From the NCBI GenBank assembly GCA_965222225.1, contig CBDCTK010000002.1, positions 64,001-128,000 on the forward strand: DNA of 64,000 nucleotides, in the 5' to 3' direction. A model generated the notes under the pieces. It was not told the DNA's origin. It did not search any database and saw only the letters and a program-made list of their open reading frames with translations. The position numbers and the translations under genes were made by a program. Below, one piece after another: positions 41,220-50,958 of the stretch (position 1 is the first letter of the stretch; every line of letters begins with the position of its first letter). This DNA comes from Candidatus Poribacteria bacterium. Its GTDB lineage: Bacteria; Poribacteria; WGA-4E; JAJDTR01.

Positions 41220-42221
41220 ATGAGATACAAGCTGCTGGAGAAACAAATGCGCCTTGTGAAATTTGGTCTGTTTCTTATCGTGGTATGTCTGCTTGCCGCA
41301 TCGGCTGATTTCGCGCTTGCGGTTGAAGGAAAGATTGTCTTCACTTCAATGCGTGACGGTGAAAAGGCAATTTACGTCATGGGTGGTGACGGTGGAAGTC
41401 AGTCCAAAGTTGCCGGAGGATCCTATCCTGCCTGGCATCCGGACGGGCAGACAATTAGCTTTCTCTATGAGGGCGATCTATGGGTGACTGACCTCAACGG
41501 TTCAACTCGGCAGAATCTCACCAACGGTAGAATCAATCTTAACTCATGCGTTCCTACCTCTTGGTCGCCCGATGGGAGGCAGATTGCCTACTGGGGGAAT
41601 TCCGATCAAGGCTATGGTGTCTATGCGATTGGTACCAACGGGGGGAACGAACAAATCGTGGAAGCGGGCTGGACCCGTGATGGTAGGGTAAGTTGGTCCC
41701 CTGACGGAAGGAGCATCGCCTATTCGGAGATGAGGCAGTTAGATCCGCCATTCAAACGATTTGGGTCGGATATATTTGTTGTGAATGCCAATGGCAGCAG
41801 TCGCGTAAACTTAACCGTCAACCCGGCTCCAATGAATATCAGCGCCAGTTGGTCTCCAGACGGTAAAAAGATCGCTTACGTCGCATCGCCCAAGCCCTTC
41901 TTATGGCTGCCTCCGCACAACATCCACGTGATGAGTGCGGATGGATCAGATTCGGTTATGCTTACACAGGAAGAACGATGGGGTTACGAATGGAATCCTA
42001 CCTGGTCGCCGGACAGTCGAAGGATTGCGTTTGCCAGACAAACACCTGACGGCTTTAAGGACATCTTTTCGATGAACGCCGATGGAAGCGACCTTAGAAA
42101 CCTCACGCAAACCCACCGCGTAGAAGAGGAGTATCCCGCTTGGAGCCCTGGCGCACAGGCAGTCTCATCGACGGCAAGGCTGGTAACGCAATGGGGAGCG
42201 GTCAAGCAGCCCGGGGACTGA
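41220..42221 (+). CDS. Secreted TolB-like (PD40) beta-propeller protein
   Basis: Paralogue of 39959..40975; AAGGAG RBS; ends AVSSTARLVTQWGAVK. Confidence 0.88.
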   Translation: MRYKLLEKQMRLVKFGLFLIVVCLLAASADFALAVEGKIVFTSMRDGEKAIYVMGGDGGSQSKVAGGSYPAWHPDGQTISFLYEGDLWVTDLNGSTRQNLTNGRINLNSCVPTSWSPDGRQIAYWGNSDQGYGVYAIGTNGGNEQIVEAGWTRDGRVSWSPDGRSIAYSEMRQLDPPFKRFGSDIFVVNANGSSRVNLTVNPAPMNISASWSPDGKKIAYVASPKPFLWLPPHNIHVMSADGSDSVMLTQEERWGYEWNPTWSPDSRRIAFARQTPDGFKDIFSMNADGSDLRNLTQTHRVEEEYPAWSPGAQAVSSTARLVTQWGAVKQPGD

Positions 42222-42369
42222 TTTGAATGGGGGGAGTAGGTTAGAGCGGGCACCCGCTCATCATCTTGATTCATTCCGTGACGAGGCGTGCTATTGTACA
42301 TGCCCTAGCGAGAGGATGGTTCACTGCTTTGGCTACGGACAGCGCGAATCTTTTTGTGGGAGCTCTATC

Positions 42370-42440
42370 GATCAACCGACTGGACAAGGAGGGATCAAGC
42401 GAATGGATAATGAGCGCGATAGTGAATCCCGATAGAAAAT
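42370..42440 (-). repeat. 35-bp dispersed element, copy F (core 42393-42428), with an extra subunit, inside a REP (42356-42461)
   Basis: Reverse complement reads GATTCACTATCGCGCTCATTATCCATTCGCTTGATC-CCTCCTTGTCCAGTCGGTTGATC; arms GTGGGAGC and TTCATTCGCTC. Confidence 0.7.
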
Positions 42441-42534
42441 TCGATCGTTGTTCATTCGCTCGATTGTTCCTTCCAAGATAGACAATTACGCACACTGGGC
42501 AACCTTGCCTTTGGACATTGAGTTGGGTGCAAAA

Positions 42535-43215
42535 GTGAGTTGTGAGCAGATTGAATCAAAGTTCATCGCGACGAAAGACAAAGGCGAGGTCTCGTCACTG
42601 TTCATCTGCCCGGATGACGCAAAGTGGGTGCTGGTATTGGGACACGGCGCCAGCACGAACATGCGACACGCCACGCTTCAGACTATCGCCGAACGATTGG
42701 GGGACGTAGGAATTGCCACGTTTCGTTACCAGTTCCCTTACATGGAACGCGGTGGCGGCGGCAGGGAATCCCAAGTGGTCGCACTTGAAACCGTGCGGTC
42801 GGCAGTTCGAGCGGCACACGCTGCCGCCAGCGATTTATCGATTCTCGTTGGCGGGCACTCTTATAGCGGACGGATGTCGTCCCTCGCAGCCGCGGAGAGC
42901 CCACTCAAGGATGTCAGTGGATTGGTGTTTTTCGCTTTTCCGCTGCATCCTGCAGGCCGGGCTGGAATGGAGCGCGCTGAACACCTTGAGCACGTTTCGG
43001 TTCCGATGCTATTCTTATCTGGTACACGAGACAAGCTAGCTGACTTGGCGTTATTATCACCGGTTTGCGAAAGGCTTAGCGAAAAGGCATCGTTGCACTT
43101 GCTAGATACCGCCGACCACGGTTTCAAGGTGCTCAAACGCTCTTGCAAATCGACGGAAGATGTCTTCGTCGAGATGGCTCGGGTTGTCAAGGACTGGGCT
43201 AAAGGGCTGAATTAA
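42535..43215 (+). CDS. Alpha/beta hydrolase (KANL3/Tex30-like)
   Basis: LGHGA, GGHSYSGR elbow, FPLHP, GTRD, ADHGF. GTG start inferred. Confidence 0.85.
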   Translation: MSCEQIESKFIATKDKGEVSSLFICPDDAKWVLVLGHGASTNMRHATLQTIAERLGDVGIATFRYQFPYMERGGGGRESQVVALETVRSAVRAAHAAASDLSILVGGHSYSGRMSSLAAAESPLKDVSGLVFFAFPLHPAGRAGMERAEHLEHVSVPMLFLSGTRDKLADLALLSPVCERLSEKASLHLLDTADHGFKVLKRSCKSTEDVFVEMARVVKDWAKGLN

Positions 43216-43414
43216 ACTTATTCTGTAAACACAATAAACCGAGATTTTTCCGACGCAGAATCGCGAATGGGTAGAGGCCGCTATCAAGATGCAAGCGCTC
43301 CATCCCAGAGACGACGACGGAGAAACTCGGTTTTTTTGTGGAACTTAACGACTAAAATCAAAATCATAGTTGTATGCTTTCACAATAATGGATATCCTTT
43401 ACTAACGAACCTTT

Positions 43415-43435
43415 GTAGGGTGGGCACTGCCCACC
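43415..43435 (+). repeat. GTAG-type REP
   Basis: GTAG-GGTGGGCACTGCCCACC hairpin. Confidence 0.85.
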
Positions 43436-43464
43436 ATTTTGTGGTTCAAGAAATCATCTGTGCT

Positions 43465-44073
43465 ATGAGTTGCACCATAGAGGGGCCATTGTCGAAAAAC
43501 ACCGTAATCATCGCGGGACCGAACGGCGCCGGCAAAACAACGTTCGTGTCCGAATATCTACCCGTATCGGGGGCCGAGTACATTAGCGCCGACTCCATCG
43601 CGGCAACGTTGGTATCTACTCCGGACGAATTTGACAAAATCAGAATTCGCGCCGGACGCTTGTTTCTTGAGAGAATCCAACGCCTTATTCAAGCGGAGGC
43701 GAATCTTGTCATTGAAGTAACCCTTGCGGGACGTGGGTTTCGGCGGAAAATTCATCAACTGAAAAACACTGGATACACCGTTGCGATTGTCTTCCTTTTT
43801 CTCAAGTCTCCCGAGGTTTGCATCGCCCGTGTCCGTAATCGGGTGATGGCGGGAGGACATGATGTACCAGAGGAAGACATCGTGCGCCGATTCTATCGGA
43901 GCAAACGTAACTTTTGGCTAATCTACAAGAACCTCGTCGATAAATGGGATTTGTTCTACAATTCTGGTGATAACCTTCAGGAAGTCGCTTCAGGTCAGAG
44001 CGATGAAATCTCGCTGACGAATGAAGTTTTATTTGAACTGTTTTTGGATGATGTGAAAAACGGAGGTGCCTAA
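43465..44073 (+). CDS. Zeta-toxin-like P-loop kinase/ATPase
   Basis: IAGPNGAGKTT, ISADSIA, IEVTLAG, RVRNRVMAGGHDVPE. Confidence 0.85.
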   Translation: MSCTIEGPLSKNTVIIAGPNGAGKTTFVSEYLPVSGAEYISADSIAATLVSTPDEFDKIRIRAGRLFLERIQRLIQAEANLVIEVTLAGRGFRRKIHQLKNTGYTVAIVFLFLKSPEVCIARVRNRVMAGGHDVPEEDIVRRFYRSKRNFWLIYKNLVDKWDLFYNSGDNLQEVASGQSDEISLTNEVLFELFLDDVKNGGA

Positions 44074-44294
44074 TGGGTAAAGATGAATTAAGCCTTGAAG
44101 CTTATAAACAAACCCGTGAGTTCCTGCGAATCGGCAATCGTGCTGTCAGAAAAGCGCAGGAGGAAAACCGCAAAAAGGGGATTCCGAACGTCTATTCTTA
44201 CAATGGGCACATCTACTACGAAATGCCTAATGGGGAACTGACAAAAGAAGATCCCTTAAAGACCCTGAATCATAGGTGTGATGGCATGAAATAA
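44073..44294 (+). CDS. Small partner protein of the P-loop kinase (putative antitoxin)
   Basis: TAATG overlap, GGAGG RBS, AVRKAQEENRKKGIPNVYS motif. Confidence 0.75.
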   Translation: MGKDELSLEAYKQTREFLRIGNRAVRKAQEENRKKGIPNVYSYNGHIYYEMPNGELTKEDPLKTLNHRCDGMK

Positions 44295-44495
44295 CGAACA
44301 CATCTCAATTATGGTAAATCGGATCGTGCGACAATTTGATCAGGCGCAGATCATCCTCTTCGGCCCACATGCCGGTCCCCAAAGATATCATTGTTTCAAC
44401 GCCGGATGAACATAAACACAAGCGAGATTGGGGCGGTTCAGTGCTGCGCTCCGCCCAATGAAAAGGAGTGTTTCTCTACGAAAAAGCCTCTGATA
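44281..44495 (+). pseudogene. Internally deleted minimal nucleotidyltransferase (MNT)
   Basis: MVNRIVRQFDQAQIILFGPHA joined out of frame to VPKDIIVSTPDE...SVLRSAQ*KGVFLYE; the catalytic DxD segment is missing. Confidence 0.7.
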
Positions 44496-44583
44496 GATTT
44501 ACGGACATTTTCGAATTTGCGCCACACGGGAAATCGCTAGAAATTATCGAGATAACTGATTTTAGATGCTACTCGGGGGTTTT

Positions 44584-47158
44584 ATGGCACACGGAACTGT
44601 CAATGTCAGATTGAGACCAATTAAGTTGGCATTTCTTGTCAATCCGAAAGACAAGGATTCTCTATTGAAAGCGATAGAGATAAACACATTTCTTTGGGGT
44701 GGGATGTATAATCCAATCATTCCTACTTATGAGGAAATCCCTGGAAATTGGGAGGGCCTTCCGTCTAAAGATCTGACTCCCCAAAGCGTTGTATTGGGGT
44801 ATCAGGATAACTTTGACCCGGATTATGTGGTTTCGATGGGACAGTGTTCCGATTATACTTTTGATGTGGGCAATCGGCGAACAATTCATGACGTTTCAGA
44901 TATTCTTGCGCCGGTTGAGGAATATGGAATCCCAAGATACGGCATTGGCCTCTTTGAGGTTTTGAATTACTTCATAAATCGAGAACTCAAATTTCAACGT
45001 AGGGATCCGCTGGATATATGTGTGCCCTGTTTTGGGCCTCAGTATCGCACATTTCTAGCTAGCGTCTTTGGCATACTCTCTGAAAATATCAACACAATAT
45101 TCTGGGAAAGATTTGCCGGAGCTATGGACGCCAAAAAAACCGAGTGCTCCGATTCAAATTACGTTGAGATTCTTAATGCTCGGAAACTGTTTTTGCGACG
45201 TATTACGCGCTACAATCTTAGGGCGATTCGTAGCCGATGGAGCTGGGAGCAGTGCATATTTTTGCTTGATGCAACCAATTCCCCTGATATTATGGATTAC
45301 TGGAATCTCCGTGCTATTGGTTGGGACATAATTCCAATTCCCAAACAATTCGCTCAATATGACAATACAAAGCAACGTGCACTTGATTTCATTGAAGCTA
45401 ACCATGTTCCCCGCGACTCAAATCCCGAAATCTATCATCATACTGCCATCCTCAGAAGTCGTTCTATTTCTGAGGATGAACAAGAAAACTTTATTGACAC
45501 GCTTGATGTTCCCATGCCTGATGAACCCAGTAAAAGGTCAATGGTTGTGAAAGACCCTTCTTATCCGCGGATGTGGAACGAGTGGGCGCGACGTTACGAC
45601 CATGTCGAATGTTGCAATCTTGAAGCCGGTACGGCGGAATATGATATATCACCAGATCAAGATACTATTCGCTTTAAAACACTTGACCCGAAGTGTATCG
45701 GGCGATTTGCAGGGTACAGTGAAGCACGATTCGCAAACGAAATTGATTTGAGGCCGTATGACGACAAAGAGCTATTGGCGGAAGTGATTCCCGAAGGTGA
45801 CAGCCAACTAGCGAGGGTATTTGGCGGTTTTGATTTCCGAGATTGGCGTCTTTCCCGCAAGGGCTTGGTTTACTTGTCTCAATACCCAAGATCAACGGTT
45901 TCTTTCTCCGCGCCTCATGCGGAGGTGATAGTTTCAAAATGGCTGGCGTTAAGCGGGTGGAGAGTTAAACTCTCAAGCGCCGGACGCGTTGCCAAGCAAA
46001 TGATACGGCAACTGGGCGGTAAGAACGGGGTTGAAATCTTGGCGCAAGAAGGAATTATCAGGTTGTTAGCAGACATGAACAGCAGTAGTGTGATTCTGGA
46101 TGATTTGCATAAAGAGATAATAAAGCTGCAAAAACTGTTAAAACAACACGAATTTCAAGATGCGAACGACGAAGTCAAAGGGTTTGTAAAGCACCTCAAG
46201 GATATTGAAGTTCAATTAGGTAGTAGCGAAAAATCTATGTCGGAAGAATCTGTTTGGCCCAACGATTGGAAAAATTGCGAATCAGACAGAGTATTCGGGC
46301 ACGGCGCGAAGGATTCTTCAGCGGTTGATTGATGCAAGGGCTATTCAGTTAGGGCTGGATTTACAATGTCCAGAATGCGCACAATCCTCCTGGTATTCTA
46401 TTAAGGACGCCAATTACGAACTGCAATGTCCCAGATGTCCTAACCGGTTTTCGTTTCCTGCCGAATCTGGTGAAGTGAAGTGGGCATATCGCACAAGTGG
46501 ACTCTTCCACTCGGCTAATCAGGCTCACGGCGCTTATACGGTGCTATTGACGCTTCGATTTTTCTCCGAGTTGCTTGATGGTGCAACAACTCCGCTTATG
46601 AGTTTTACGGCAAGGAAAGGGAAAACGAACGAGATGGAAGCTGACCTAGCTCTGTTTTTTCAAGAATCAAAATTTGGTGCGTCCAAGACTGAACTGATAT
46701 TTGCAGAGTGTAAAACCTTCAACGATTTTCAAAAGAAGGATGCGGATAAAATGGAAAAATTGGGCGATGCGTTTCCGGGTGCAGTGCTTGTTTTTGCCAG
46801 CCTGAAAGAATCCTTGAGTGAAGAAGAAAACGCAGTCCTTTGTCCTCTAGTGAATCGTTGTCGAGAATACTGGAAAAACGAACGTCCAGTCAATCCTGTG
46901 TTGATTCTTACCGGAACGGAACTTTTCGCAGAATTGGATTTATTAAAAGCCTGGGAAGATGCGGGTGGTCTTCGTGCCGCATGCGCTAAGAGAATAGGAC
47001 CAAGAGACCTGCCTGAACTCTGTGATTTAACTCAGCGGGTTTATTTGGGCATGAAGCCTTGGCATCAATGGCTTGACGAAGAATCTGGACGCATGTCCTC
47101 CGTCAATCCAACTACTCCGAGAACACCAGATGGGGAAATAGTCCGCAGCGGCAACTGA
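44584..47158 (+). pseudogene. Large (about 857 aa) protein with C-terminal Zn ribbon and PD-(D/E)xK-like nuclease; +1 frameshift at about 46259
   Basis: Removing one C from TGGCCCAACG joins the ORFs (WPTIGKIANQ...LQRLIDARAIQLG); CPEC and CPRC; EADLALF...FAECKTFN. Confidence 0.7.
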
Positions 47159-47181
47159 TTTATTCATCTTCTAGGGCAATC

Positions 47182-47202
47182 GTAGGGTGCGCACCGCGCA
47201 TC
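47182..47202 (+). repeat. GTAG-type REP
   Basis: GTAG-GGTGCGCACCGCGCATC. Confidence 0.7.
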
Positions 47203-47283
47203 ATCTTCAACCGACCTAAAATAACGACAGAGGCTGCTTCACCGTCTTTTACCTTAACCCAGAATGAAAAGGATGCGATTGGA

Positions 47284-47541
47284 ATGAATCTGACCGTTGA
47301 ACTAACAACAGATCAGGTCGTCAGTTTTGTTCAGCAGATGCCACTTGAAGAGAGGCAAACGCTACTGCTTACCATTGCAGAGCAGGTAGCAGCGAGTAGA
47401 GACGCACGAATGGCGCGTGCCGAAGTGGGGCTTCGGCAGTTATGTGCGGCACGAGGGATGAATTGGGACATAATGACCCAGGCAGAACGCGAAAACTTAG
47501 TTGATGATCTCGTTCACGAGGAGCGCGAATGCAGTCCATAG
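47284..47541 (+). CDS. Small antitoxin-like protein
   Basis: 85-aa ORF overlapped at its 3' end by a PIN-like start (MQSIVVCDADV, 47529-47567); duplicated at 39434. Confidence 0.6.
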   Translation: MNLTVELTTDQVVSFVQQMPLEERQTLLLTIAEQVAASRDARMARAEVGLRQLCAARGMNWDIMTQAERENLVDDLVHEERECSP

Positions 47542-47605
47542 TTGTTTGCGATGCAGATGTTTGGTAGCCGATACCTACTGAGTTCTCGCAGCATAAGAGA
47601 ACACC

Positions 47606-47737
47606 ATGACCTACAGCAAAAAACCAATTGAAGTCGGATTGCCCCTAGACGCCATTAGTCGCGAGACGGCACGCGAGAAATCAATACGACATGGAAACCG
47701 ATTCACGTTTCACCTCTCGTTTGTTTTCATCCCGTAG
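47606..47737 (+). pseudogene. N-terminal fragment of a DUF1156-family DNA methyltransferase
   Basis: MTYSKKPIEVGLPLDAISRETAREKSIRHGNRFTFHL versus the recalled family start KKLIEVALPL.AIN..SAREKSIRHGHPSTLHLW. Confidence 0.8.
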
Positions 47738-47825
47738 CAGTGCCTACAGTTGCGATAAAAGATACGTTGTGCAACATCTTCAGGACTTCAACTGAACTAG
47801 GTAAAATAAGGAGACTCAAACTAGC

Positions 47826-49013
47826 ATGAGTAGGCTCACGGAATTAGCATTGTTATTGGCAATCGCGGTTCTGATTGTGGGCATCATCGCCTGCGATCAA
47901 CTAATCGGAATATTGACCGAAAAGGAACTGTCCCAGACCGTTCCAGCCCCGCCCCAATTGACAGTCATGAGCGGCGAGTTATCCATCGGACTTCTTTACC
48001 CTATGACTGGAAGACTCGCAGTGACCGGAGCACAAATGAAACAGGGGTTTGACTTGGCAGTCGAAGAGATAAATCATGCACAACTAGGCGGCGCCACTAT
48101 TAACTGCATCTCGGTAGACGATCGAAGTACGGTAGCCGGTGCGGTCGAAGGCTTCAACCAACTAATTCGTCAGACCGAGGTGCCGGCGATCATCGGTCCC
48201 ACCACCTCAAGTCAATGCGAAGCCGCCTTTCCGATTGCGCAAGCAAGCGGGATTGCGGCATTCAGCCCGACATCAGCTGCCACCGGTTTGAGCGCGATTG
48301 GGGATTTCATCTTCCGCGTCACGCTCACCTCGGATGCCCATATTCCGAATAGTGTCAGAGTAACTAAGGAAAAACTCGACTACAAGCATGCCGCATTGAT
48401 ATATGACGAATTGCACGCTATCGCCCTGAGTGGCGCCAACGCCTTTCGAAAGGCGCTAACTGAGAACGGTGTCGAAATCGTGGCGACGGAAACCTTCCAG
48501 ACGGGTGAAACCGACTTTTCGGTTCAACTCACGCGAATTAAGGGGTCAAATCCCGAGGCTATCTTTATAGCGGCATTGCCGCAAGATATGCCCGAGATTA
48601 TGATTCAAGCGCGGGAGCTCGGAATCCCCTTTGCCGTACCATTTATCGTGCCGGAACTGAGCATAGACGATGTGCGGGCGGCGGGGTCGGCTGCTGAGGG
48701 ATTGATATCTTCCACGAGTTGGTTGAGTACCGACCCGAATCCACTCAACCAAACCTTCATTCAGAATTACCGCGCGGCATACGGCGTTGAACCGAACACC
48801 TGGGCGGCACATTCCTATGCGACGGTCTACATTTTGGCTCAAGCAATCGCGAACGCCCAGTCTACGGATGCACAAGCCATTCGGAATGCCATGGCGAATA
48901 TCAAGAATCTTGACACCGTATTGGGAAATTTCTCGTTTGACGCTGACGGGGACGCTGTGCATGACGCAACAATACTTACCGTAGAGAACGGCGAATTCAG
49001 GGTCTTTGAATAA
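47826..49013 (+). CDS. LivJ-like (Peripla_BP_6) substrate-binding lipoprotein
   Basis: Lipobox IIAC-DQL; IGLLYPMTG, IGPTTS, TDFSVQLTRIK, LGNFSFDADGD. Confidence 0.9.
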   Translation: MSRLTELALLLAIAVLIVGIIACDQLIGILTEKELSQTVPAPPQLTVMSGELSIGLLYPMTGRLAVTGAQMKQGFDLAVEEINHAQLGGATINCISVDDRSTVAGAVEGFNQLIRQTEVPAIIGPTTSSQCEAAFPIAQASGIAAFSPTSAATGLSAIGDFIFRVTLTSDAHIPNSVRVTKEKLDYKHAALIYDELHAIALSGANAFRKALTENGVEIVATETFQTGETDFSVQLTRIKGSNPEAIFIAALPQDMPEIMIQARELGIPFAVPFIVPELSIDDVRAAGSAAEGLISSTSWLSTDPNPLNQTFIQNYRAAYGVEPNTWAAHSYATVYILAQAIANAQSTDAQAIRNAMANIKNLDTVLGNFSFDADGDAVHDATILTVENGEFRVFE

Positions 49014-49162
49014 GATTCAATTGGAAGGTAGAAGGAGTTGTAAGGCGCACACCAATTCTCGACAACAAGTGCCCCCGGTTTTCCTCTTCGGTTTCCCTTC
49101 CATGCATCGGATTTTCGGTTCTATCGTTTCAATTGATGAAACAACGAGATTGAGTGCCAATT

Positions 49163-49583
49163 ATGAGTAACAAGACTAGGCTTGCGCTTGTATTCGCAGT
49201 TGTCGTTCTAGTGACCTGCATTTCCGGCTGCGATTAGCTACTTGGTATTCTTACAGATAACCAGGTGGCAGAAACAAATGAGCGGGTGCCTCAACTTACC
49301 GGTTTCTCGGGAGAGATACCAATCGGCATAGTTCTGCCGCTCACCGGGCGATTCATCTCGGAGTACGGCTACTTACCGACACAGCTCGGCGCAGAACTCG
49401 CGCTCATCGAAATTAAAAACGCACAACCCGGTGATGCCACAATGAAGGTCGTCAGCTAAATGGCAACCATCATAGATTTAGTCACGGTCTAGGGGACATT
49501 CTCCGTCGACGCTGTGGGGAGGGCGCGGTCTATGAACCTCTCACGCTCAGACTAGCAGATGGGCAGTTTAGAGCATTCAAGTA
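49163..49583 (+). pseudogene. LivJ-like lipoprotein pseudogene (stop at 49235, large internal deletion)
   Basis: MSNKTRL...SGCD*LLGIL...IGIVLPLTG, jumping to the C-terminal GTFSVDAVG...DGQFRAFK. Confidence 0.8.
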
Positions 49584-49744
49584 TGGTTCAACCAGAACAA
49601 TAGTAAAAATGGAAGACTGGATGCTTGGAATGATGGTGACATTGGATAGGGCCACTTGACAAACGAATTGATTCCTAGGATATCGTTGTACCTCGTATCA
49701 CACATCATGTTTCAACCAAACGAAAAAGGAGATGCATCATCTAC

Positions 49745-50929
49745 ATGCGTAATATCGCGAATTTAGCGTTTGTGATGGCACTTGTAGTTCTAATTGTGGA
49801 CTTGTCCGCCTGCGATCAATTACTCCGGATATTGCCGGAAGACCAGATGACGGGTGCAGCAGTGCCTCAGTTTACGGACTTTAGTGGAGACATTTCGGTC
49901 GGCGTCGTTTTACCCCTATGCGGGCGGTTAGCATCTTCCTTCGGGGAGCCGATGGACCACGGGCTTCAACTAGCGCTTAAAGAGATCAACGACGGACAAC
50001 TCGGTGATGCTAGAATAAAATTCATGGTCGAAGACGACATGAGCACCGTAAACGGTGCAGTTGCCGCCTTCGAGAGACTAATACATCAGGATAAAGTGTC
50101 CGTAATCCTCGGTCCCGCGACCTCAGCCATGACCGAAGAGGCGTTTCCGGTTGCCCAGCAAAACACTGTTGTAGCTGTTAGCCCGACATCCGCCAAACGC
50201 GGTCTAAGCGCAATTGGCGAATATGTCTTTCGCGTCTCGCTCGCGACAGATGTTTTGATACCCAACGGAATTAATGCGACTCACGCGAAGCTGGCATATG
50301 AACGGGCAGCGACGATGTATGATGAAACCGATCCGTTCTCCGTGGACAGCGAAAACGCGTTGCAAGACCGTCTGGCTGCGATCGGAGTTGGAGTGTTGGA
50401 AACGGAAACCTTTGAGAGCGACGCTACAGACTTCTCCGCGCAATTAACTCGGATAATGGACGTAGATCCTCAAATTGTTTTTGTCTCTTCCCTACCACCC
50501 GAAAAGTCCGACATTCTAATTCAAGCGCGGGAAATTGGAATACCCGCCAGCGTACCAATCGTTTTCCGAACGCTAACTGCAGGGGATGTCGAAGCCGCGG
50601 GCAGCGCTGCCGAAGGGGCAATGACTTTTACAGAGTGGACAGGCGCGTCTGACATACCAAGGAATCAAACGTTCGTGCAGAATTATACTGCGAAATACGG
50701 AGTCGAGCCCAGTAACTATGCCGCCAGGGCGTATGGCGCCCTCTACGTGTTAGCCGAGGCAATTGCGAATGCAGGTTCAACGGATTCAACTGCGATTCGG
50801 AACGCCCTGGCAAATATCAGGAATCTTGACACCATCTTTGGCGAGTTTTCCTTCAATGATGTTGGTGACGCAGTTTACGACCCGATTGTACTCATTGTCG
50901 AAAACGGCGAACTCAAAACCTTCGAATAG
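49745..50929 (+). CDS. LivJ-like substrate-binding lipoprotein
   Basis: LSAC-DQL lipobox; paralogue of 47826. Confidence 0.9.
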   Translation: MRNIANLAFVMALVVLIVDLSACDQLLRILPEDQMTGAAVPQFTDFSGDISVGVVLPLCGRLASSFGEPMDHGLQLALKEINDGQLGDARIKFMVEDDMSTVNGAVAAFERLIHQDKVSVILGPATSAMTEEAFPVAQQNTVVAVSPTSAKRGLSAIGEYVFRVSLATDVLIPNGINATHAKLAYERAATMYDETDPFSVDSENALQDRLAAIGVGVLETETFESDATDFSAQLTRIMDVDPQIVFVSSLPPEKSDILIQAREIGIPASVPIVFRTLTAGDVEAAGSAAEGAMTFTEWTGASDIPRNQTFVQNYTAKYGVEPSNYAARAYGALYVLAEAIANAGSTDSTAIRNALANIRNLDTIFGEFSFNDVGDAVYDPIVLIVENGELKTFE

Positions 50930-50958
50930 TCGTATTATGCGTCACAATTTTCTATCTC

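Noticed and set aside
5461-42428. 35-bp repeats as a CRISPR array
   Set aside because: Copies are dispersed, divergent and not regularly spaced; there are no cas genes.
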